From: Williopsis jadinii
Lineage: Eukaryota
Assembly (NCBI GenBank): GCA_024346625.1
Contig: AP024667.1
Location: forward strand, 868,001-932,000
Reading direction: 5' to 3'
DNA: 64,000 nucleotides
The notes beneath the pieces are model-generated. The model did no database searches, was not told where the DNA came from, and saw nothing but the letters and a program-made list of their open reading frames with translations. The first letter of the stretch is position 1. The number at the start of each line of letters is the position of its first letter. Positions 11,075 to 21,100 of this stretch are shown in pieces. The translations under genes and the position numbers were made by a program.

Positions 11075-11798
11075 CTTGTGTTGTTTCTTGTTGAAGATGG
11101 ATAAGGAGAGCACCAATTGGGCAAATATTGGAGGAGGGGGGTGAACTTGGCAAGTATTTATACACCTGAGCTTCGATGATTAACCTTTATTATCCACTGC
11201 AGCACCACGTACATCCTACATAATACGACTCCTGCATCATTGTCGATCTGTATGACTATCCTCGGCTGAGTAAACAAAAGAAGATGATAAGAATCAATAA
11301 CACATGACGTTGATTCGATAATTCCATGACCATCAACACAACGTGCTCTACGAACTTCATCATCCAGTGCCATGGGAGTTCGCAATCATTGCCGCAGTCT
11401 CATTGCCCACGGAGCTAAGTTCATGTGCGCCGGGGGTTCGAGCCCTACACAGCTTTCATTGTTATGACCACTTCGCCAGGAGATGGCACGAAATGATGCG
11501 TGGTCACAGACAATGTGAACAGCACAGCCTTCACCCAACAAGGTGTGTTTTGACATTCGTTGCAATGCAAACAGATGGCTCTTTAACAAAAATTGGTAAC
11601 TGTCAAAAGCTGTCAACCCTAATGTCCGTTACCTCATGGCACGTTAGCAATGCTAATTTGAGTTTCAAAAGCACCGACGACGCGGATTGGACCGTTTATG
11701 GCCCCGATGATTAAGCCCCGACCATTAGCCCCGATCAATTGGTCGTGTTATTACCAGTGTCATTTACGTTACCATGACAACATTTGGAAATGATAGAG

Positions 11799-11817
11799 TC
11801 ACGTGAATATCACGTGA
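11799..11817. promoter_or_regulatory. Tandem Cbf1-type E-boxes (TCACGTGA x2) in the divergent stomatin/TRA1 promoter
   Basis: TCACGTGA at 11799-11806 and 11810-11817. Confidence 0.55.
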
Positions 11818-12100
11818 GTTTTGTTTTTTCGTTCTCGAGCGTTTCCCACCGCGTTGGACAAAAAGAGAAGAAGAAAAAAAAGCACCGGCACAAACACATA
11901 AACAAACCAAAGTGTGTTTACTATTTCTTGTCTTTCATAACGAGCAATACTGTTATAAAATACTAGTGGAGAAGGTCCGTGGCTGTGTTTGTGTGGCTGC
12001 TCCCCGTTTCTCTTACTTGCTTTCAATTTTATAACGTTGTTTGTTGTATTGGAAGCGTCTTCTCACTATTGACAGAGGTGCCGTTGACAAGAGATACAAA

Positions 12101-15100
12101 ATGACATACACTGCGCAAATTGATTCCTTCGCCGAGAGGCTCAAGGAAAGTGCTGATTATAAGACCAAATATGCGGTGATTTCAGAGTTGTCTGATATGA
12201 TCGAGGCATTCACATCACCAAGTGACTATGAACAGTACTTGACGCAGTTTATTCCACTTTACACAAACCTATTGGAGACCGTGCCAATGAGTTTCTCCAG
12301 TCAAAGTTATGAGCATAAACTCAGAAATGCCATACTAGAAGTCATTCACAGATCCCAGATGAATGACTTGTTCCAACCTTACTGTGTTGACATGACAGAA
12401 CTTTTACAGAAGTTACTGCATTCAGAAAACGAGGAGAATGGTGTCATTTGTTTGAAGATTCTGACAAGTTTGTTCAAGTCTTACAAGACGGTGTTGACAG
12501 ACAAGGCGGAGCCATTTATCCAGTTGATCATTGAGATGTACAAGAACATGGATCAGCTCATCACTGATACATTTGTCACCAACCAGAGTGTACATAACAC
12601 ACAGGGTTCATTCAACTCACCAAGCTCTTCATCTCCGTTGTTATCACAGGATGAGCCAAAACAGTTGGGGAAGGCTATGTCATCCTTTAAGACCATTGCT
12701 GAGTGTCCCATTACTATGGTGACATTGACATCTTCTTATAAACAATTGGTGACGACTTCTCTCCCAGAGTTTATTCCTCATATTATCGATATCTTGAAGG
12801 CGGAGGTGCCACAACAAGCTGAGGCAAGAAGATTGGCAGAGGAAAAGAATGAAAGATTTACCTCAGTGAGTCCTGCTATTAAGAACAGAGTCGCGTATGG
12901 AGAGTTCATTCTAGGTCAAGTCAAAGCTGCTTCGTTCTTAGCGTACATTTTTATCCGTGGTTATTCAACAACGTTACTCAATGACTATACTCAAATCATA
13001 CCTGATTTGATCATGAGATTGCTCATGGACTGTCCTAGTGAACTGTCTCATGCCAGAAAGGAACTTCTCCATGCAACAAGACATATTCTCACCACTCCTT
13101 ACAGAACGTTGTTTATTCCAATGCTGGACTTGTTGTTCGATGAAATGGTGCTCATTGGCGATGGGTTAACTGCACATGAGACCTTGCGTCCATTGGCTTA
13201 CAGCATTGTCGCAGACTTTGTGCACAATGTTAGAAACGAATTGACAACAGACAAGATTTTACAGACCATTACCATGTACTGCAACCATCTTCAGGATAGT
13301 ACGTTGGCATTGACCGTTCAAATCATGAGTGCAAAGTTACTGCTGAATCTTGTGGAAAGAATTATGCGTATGAGTTCAAAAGCCGAAGGAAGGGAACTGT
13401 TCATGCTCATTATTGACGCATTCACCAAAAGATTTCAAGCTCTCAATAGACAATATGACAACATTATGAAGCATCATCATGAAATTGAGGAAAAGAAGCA
13501 GAAGAAAGCCATCTCCCAAAAGGAAGCTCTCAAGAAGGATAACCTCCAGTCATTTGATGCTGATGATGAAATCAATGTGTATCTTGAAAATGTTAAGAAG
13601 CTTGCCTATGCTAATGCACAACCTAAGAAGGATGCAGATGACGATGTGCAAATGGAAGACCAGAATGAGCCTGCTGATTCAGAAGAGGCTGTTTCTGCGG
13701 AGGAAACAAAGGACAATGAGGTTGATATCTTTGATATACAAAGGGAAGTTCCAATCCTAATTTCCCCAAACTCTTCGAACGATCCTTTGAAGGACGCCCG
13801 TTATTTGTTCCGTACTCTACTTCAGTTCTTGAAAACAATCAGTTATGGTTTGAAGAACTTCAACCCAGCACCTCCTGTTGGACACGACGAGAATCTTCAC
13901 CAAAAATGGAATGATTTTGCTAGAGTGTTTTCAAATGAAGAGGTCAACATTCTCAGACAACTTTTCCGTGAATGTATATCAGGTATGAGATTTTTTTCCA
14001 CTGCTCAGATTAAGCCAGTTACGTCAAACAAATCCATGATGGAGTTCACCGGTCCATCTCTACCAGTAAGTTCATCTAAGGAGGAGAAAGATTTGATGGA
14101 GAATTTTGCTATCATCTTTATCCATATTGATGCCGCTACATTCAATGAAATCGTTCAAGCTGAGGTCCGGTTTTTATATGATGCTATGTTGAGGGATTCT
14201 GCCATGCTCCATATTCCACAATTCTTCTTGGCCAACGAAAACACATCTCCAAACTTTTCGGGCTTGTTGATCTCATTTTTGAAGAGTAAATTGGAGGAAC
14301 TTGGCTCTCCCGATATTGTGAAAACCAACATATTGATACGTTTATTCAAGTTATGCTTCATGTCAGTTAATTTGTTTCCAGCACTGAACGAGAAAGTTAT
14401 CCTTCCTCACTTGAACGATTTGATCCTTACATCTTTGAAGCTAACAACTACATCCAAGGAGCCAATTGCATATTTCCATCTCATACGAACATTATTCAGA
14501 TCAATCGGCGGTGGGAGATTTGAAAACCTTTACAAAGAGATCATGCCATTACTACAAGTTCTTTTGGAATCTCTGAATAGAATGATCCTCAGCGCCCGTC
14601 GCCCACAAGAAACAGATATTTACGTTGAGCTTTGTCTTACTGTTCCTGTTCGTCTCAGTGTGTTGGTTCCACATCTTAACTATTTGATGAGACCTTTAGT
14701 CTTGGCCTTAAACAGTAGCCAGGAATTGGTCAGTCAAGGATTGAGAACCCTTGAGCTCTGTGTTGATAATCTAACTGCTGAGTACTTTGATCCTATCATC
14801 GAGCCTGTCATCAATGATGTAATGAAAGCACTTTGGGGACACTTGAAACCATTGCCATATCACCACCAACATTCACACACAGCCTTCCGCATTTTAGGTA
14901 AGTTGGGTGGAAGAAATCGTCGTTTCATTAAACCTCATCAGGATTTGGAGATTATTTCCAGTTTAGATCAGGAGATCAACGCCAAATTCAAGATCGAAGG
15001 GCTTGCAGACCCGGTTTCTTTGTCTGTCACAACAGGTATTCCTCATGCCATTGACATGTTGGAAAATGGGTCATTGGATACTTCTTACAGATTGAGTGCA

Positions 15101-18100
15101 TACAGATATATCTCTAAGACATTCATGCTTTTCATCTCTTCACATCAACTCCCTGAAAATTATGGATCCAAGTTGTCTGCTGCAGTCAGACTCATTTCGG
15201 AAGAAAAGGTTGAATATGAAAAGTTTGAGGTTTTTGACGAGATCATCATTTCGAAGCAGAAACTAAACCGTGAGCAAGAATTAGCATTGCGTCTTTTCAA
15301 GTCAATTTTCTATGCCACTTCAATTCCTGAATTGAAGGACGAGGTTATCTCCTTGATAAAAAACATATCTGAACACTTTACATTAATTGGTGTTGGTAAA
15401 GTACTCATCGAGAAGGTCAAGAACCAAAGACCGTTCCTCGTTTCTGATTATGAGGGAAAAGTTGTTCTTTCCGAGCGTATCATGTTTGATGCAATTATTT
15501 ACGCGCTGAGCTCGTATCTGATTGATGTTAGACAAGCAGGTCTTGATGCCATCAAAACAATATTTGATACTTCTGTTGTTGTGTTTGGAAGTAAAGAGAA
15601 GGCGTTGGAGTTCCCCGTTTTACGTTCCTTCTTCAATGCTTTCGTGCATTCGAGTTATGATGAAAAGTTCTATAACAAATTGGCCAGTACTTTTGGGTTG
15701 AAAAGTCTTGTGGAAGATCAGGGAATCCCTATCGCATGGTTCAAGAGTCGCCAGTTTGAACTCGTACACTCGATGTTTTATGTTTTGAGAGACACCAACC
15801 CGGAGGCACCAAGAGAAGTCTGCGAGAATGCCAAAGGTTTAATTTTAAAAGTCTTGGTGGAATCAAACAAGGACACAACTGAAAAGGAAGTTCTTGAAAA
15901 ACCTTTCCAGACCATCATAGGTGCTTTGGTTTATGACCTAAGTAACGCAAATCCTATTGTGAGAGAGACCTCGCAAGAGGCATTGAAAGCTCTTTCAAGT
16001 ACAACTGGTGTTCCAATATCAACTATGATTGAGAAGTGCAAGAATATTCTTTTGACTCCAATATTTGGTAAACCGCTTAGAGCCTTACCTTTCCCAATGC
16101 AAATCGGAAACATTGACGCTATTACGTTCTGCTTAGGGTTGGAAAACACATTTTTGTCATTTAACGACGAGTTGAATAGATTGTTAATGGAGGCGTTGAC
16201 TTTGGTGGATGCTGAGGATGAATCTTTAACCAGTGCTCACAAGGTATCAGAGCATAGAACCTCAGAACAGTTGGTCAAACTTCGTGTTGTTTGTATTAAA
16301 CTTCTTTCACTTGCTCTTACGAAGCCTGAATTCACGTCTAACCAACAAGGCCATACCAGAATTAGAATTTTGGCTGTCTTCTTCAAGACTCTTTGTGCAA
16401 AGTCAACTGAAATCATCAATGCATCTCACCAAGGCCTCGAACAAGTGCTCTCTCAAAATGCAAAATTACCCAAGGAATTGTTGCAGAATGGATTGCGTCC
16501 TATGTTGATGAACCTTTCTGATCACAAGAAACTTACAGTTTCTGGATTGGAGGCTTTGGCTCGTTTGTTGGAGTTGTTGATAACATACTTCAAGGTTGAG
16601 ATTGGACGCAAGTTACTTGATCATCTTATGGCTTGGGCTCAACCTTCAGTGTTGAACTTTATCTCTTCCCAAGAGCTCGAGCATAATTCCACGGTCAAGA
16701 TTATTGTTGCGATATTGAACATTTTCCATCTCTTGCCTCCAAAAGCCTATACGTTTATGGAGGAGATCATTCGAACATTGACTTACTTAGAGAGTCACTT
16801 GCGTCGTACACAGGATTCTCCTTTCAGAGCACCTATTGCGAAGTTTTTGAACCGCTTTCCAAATGAGACTTATCAATATTTCCTTCAACATTTCCATGTG
16901 AGACACATGGGAACCAAATTGGCTTACTTTGTGGCGTTGCCTGAGGATGTTGAACTTAGAAACCATATAAAGGAAAACCTTGGTCAGTTTTACAATAGCG
17001 TGGCCCAGGAAAGCCAACATCAGAACAAATGTATCAAGTTTGCAAACTTTATTGATTTGATTAAAAGTTTAGCCGAACGTGATGAGAATTGGCTAAATGA
17101 GAACAGATCAGTGCTGCTTGACATTTTCTCACTCTCGCAGGAGATCATCTCTTTCGCAAATGATGCACCTCTGGTCTCCCCAATCCATTTGTATGTTAAA
17201 CAGGCGATCGAAAAACTGCAAGTTCTCTTTGTTGCTTACTTCGAGAAGCATTCAATGGAGTCTGATATTGTTTTGGGATTTATCGATCTGCTGTGCTCTA
17301 TTAACATTCCTATGTCAACTGCCTTGGAAGACTTCCTCTTCAACTGCATTGTTAGATCAGAGAATACTCAATTGAGACAAGAGTACTTGAACAAGTCGGT
17401 TTTATTCGCCACTGATAACAAGGGCCTCAAATCGAGAATATTTGTTTTAAAACACATTTTCAACTCGATTATATTGTTTGAAGGATTGAGAAACAACAAC
17501 TTAGATGCTTTGGCTGTGAGAAACGCTGGATCCAAAATCCCAACTTGGTTAGACCTAGTACACACCAAAATTTGGAGAGCTTCAAATGAGATGGTGACGA
17601 ATCACATTGCAGGGTCAATTGATAACCTCAGATTCGAATTCCTTCAACTGTCTGCGCTCTTGATCAAATTTGCACCATCTCTGGTGGCTGATCTTCGTAA
17701 AGATGTGATCAAATTCAGTTGGAATCTGATCAAGCTGGAGGATACATTGACTAAACAAGCAGCATATGTTGTTACTTCGTACTTCATTTCAGTATACGAT
17801 ACACCAGTGAAGATTGTTACCCAGGTGTTTGTGGCATTATTAAGAACTCATACTGTTGATTCAAGGTATTTGGTAAGACAAGCTTTGGACTTACTAGCCC
17901 CAGTTATGCCAGAACGTATGGGACCTAGTGGATCATCAACTGGTTGGATTAAGTGGGTAAGACGTGTCTTGTCTGAGAACAACACTGTTCAGAACCTGAC
18001 AGTATACCAATTCTTGATCCACCATGCTGATATTTTCTATAATGCCAGAGACCATTTCATTCCAAATATCATAACCTACATGGGAAAGCTTACTGCAATG

Positions 18101-21100
18101 TCAAACCCAGCAATTGAGAATCAGAACTTGGCAATTGAATTGGCAGACTTGATTCTAAACTGGGAAATCAAAGCAAAGGAGGACGCTTCAGCTGAGGATA
18201 AGACAACTGGTGTTTCGTCTACGGACGCTACCATAGCTGTTAAAGATGAAGATAAGACAACAGAGACTGATGATAGTGGAAATGTGGGAGTCTTGGGCTC
18301 TGACATTACTACACCAAAAAGTTATGCTGTTCCATTTGCTCAACGTGAGGCTTGTATCACTTTCCTAATCAGGTTTATTTGTATAAGCTCTCAGAGATCA
18401 TCGGAAAGTGAGTTAGGACAAAAGGCCTTACACATACTCTACAAGCTTCTGAGTCCTGGCTTTTGGTGCGAGGTTACTGTGAAATTAGCGTTCTTTGAAA
18501 AGTTTTTGGTCCAAGCTGACTTCTCCAGTGCTAATGTCTTAGGTTACTGCCTCAATGCATTGGATGTGTTGGGAATTGCACTTGAGGGAAAAACTTCCAT
18601 TTGGATTGTTGAGAATATTGGGTTCTTACAAAATCTTCTTGACAAGTGTTTGAGATCCGATAATCATGACATTCAAGAGGGCTTGCAACGTGTACTGCGG
18701 ACCATTTTGAAGGCCATTGTTGAACAGACTGGTTTCGATGACAAGCTTCAATCTGATGAAGTTAAAGCGTTCTTGAATCTCTTGAGTACAATAGTAAGTG
18801 AGGACTTACAAAATACCAATTCTGTTGCTGCTGGTGTTACATTAGCGTGGACTTTGGCTAATCATTATCCGAAGGCTCTCGATAATCTCGTTCAAAGTCT
18901 CATCCGGACGTTTGCGAAGATTTGCAAAGATCATATCACCATATCTCAGAGTGAACCAAACTCTTCTCAGGCTGAGTTTGAACAGAAGATGACAACAAAA
19001 CTTCTCGAAAAGATTCTCTGCATCTCTTCCATGCGTATTGGTACTTTGGGTGACCAACGCCGTATTTTCCTCACGTTGCTTGCACAACTCATCGACCGGT
19101 CATTAGATGTGCGTCTTTTGAAAAATATCATCATACTTGTGAGAAGCTGGGTATTCTCAACAACTGATCTATTCCCAACAACAAAGGAAAAGGCTGCAAT
19201 ACTTGTGAAGATGCTAGTTTTCGAATTGAGAGGGGAGCTCTCCCTTTCGAAGGAGTTCTATCGTATCATAGTTGATATTTTCGAGGACAAATCTCTGGCA
19301 TGCACCGAGTTGACTGTCAGAATGGAACAACCTTTCTTGGTTGGTACAAGATTGGCAGACTTTGAGATACGCTCCCGCTTGATGTCGATTTTGAATGACA
19401 GTCTTGAAAAGGATATCAACAAAAGGTTGCATTATGTGATCAGAGAGCAAAATTGGGAATACTTGAGTGACTATTTCTGGCTTAGCCAGGCTGTTGAACT
19501 ATTATATGGCTCATTCGATAAAGACCATATTTTACATCTTGATGATTCTTATCAATTTGCTTCGCTCAATCAGATTGATAGTATTGTTGGTGACGCTATT
19601 GATGAACCAAGTGTTGATCTAGAAAAACTTCTACACAACCACGATTCTTTCTTGAAATATGCGTCGAATATAAGATCCTCAGATGTCATTGGCCCGTTGT
19701 CAGAGCTTTTCTACAAGTCTTCGGAAATTGCAAATAAGACTTGGGTCAATATTTTCCCTGCTGCTTACAGCTCTATTCATCGTCGTGAAAAGCAGACCTT
19801 TAAAGAAGCCCTGGTATCTCTTTTGTCAAAGGATTATCACTCTCGACAAGCTGAAGTTCGTCCTAATGTTATTCAGGGATTACTCGAGGCAATTTGCAAA
19901 TGTCCAGACTTGCAACTGCCACCGCACTTGATTAAGTATCTCGGATTCAGTTTTGACGCTTGGTATCCAGCGATTAACATCATGGAAACGATCGATCAGG
20001 AGCCATTGGTTGAAAATACTCTTATTTGCGAGTCAAATCGGGATGCGTTGATTGAAATGTACGCCTCCTTGCAGGAAGATGATATGTTCTATGGACAGTG
20101 GAGAAGAAGAGCCAAGTATCTTGAAACCAATGCTGCGTTGTCTTTCGAGCAAATTGGATTATGGGATAAGGCTTTACAATTGTATGAGGCTGCACAAATC
20201 AAGGCACGTAGTGGTGTTCTTCCTTATGGCGAATCAGAGTACTCACTTTGGGAAGACAATTGGATTCTTTGTGCAGAAAAGCTTCAACATTGGGATATTC
20301 TAACCGAACTAGCTAAACATGAAGGTTTCACAGACTTACTGTTGGAATGTGGATGGCGTGTTGCTGATTGGACAGCAGACAAGGAACCGCTCGAACAATC
20401 CGTGAAGACAGTTATGGATGTTCCAACACCACGTCGTCAAGTCTTTGAGACATTCTTGACTCTTCAAGGTTACTCCCAACAAAAGGAGAATCTACAAGAT
20501 CTATCGAAACTGTGCGATGAGGGTATTCAGCTGGCCCTACGTAAGTGGCATTCTCTCCCAAAGAGATTCACCAATGCCCACGTACCATTGTTGCACACTC
20601 TACAACAGTATGTTGAGTTTATGGAGGCTTCCCAGGTATATGGCTCTCTTCTTACTACTAATGCTCAGAATCTTGACAACAAGTCTCAAGAGTTGAAGAG
20701 AATTCTTCAGGCTTGGAGAGAACGTTTGCCAAACATTTGGGATGACATCAATATCTGGAATGATCTCATCACGTGGCGTCAACATGCCTTCAGTGTGATC
20801 AACAAAGTATACATGCCATTCATTCCTTCATTGCAACAAGCCAACGGTAACAACAATATCAACAGTTATGCATACAGAGGATATCATGAAATTGCTTGGG
20901 TTATCAATAGATTTGCCCACGTTGCTCGCAAACACAACATGCCAGATGTCTGTATTAGCCAATTGACCAAGATTTATACTTTGCCAAATATTGAGATCCA
21001 GGAAGCGTTCCTCAAGTTAAGGGAACAAGCCAAGTGTCATTACCAGAATCCAAATGAGCTCAACACAGGTCTCGATGTTATCAGCAACACTAATCTTGTT

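Noticed and set aside
11434..11448. B-box-like GGTTCGAGCCC suggesting a tRNA
   Set aside because: No complete T-stem, acceptor stem, A-box or cloverleaf could be built around it.
11799..11900. CDEI-like TCACGTG as a point centromere
   Set aside because: No long, very AT-rich CDEII and no CDEIII motif follow; ordinary promoter context.
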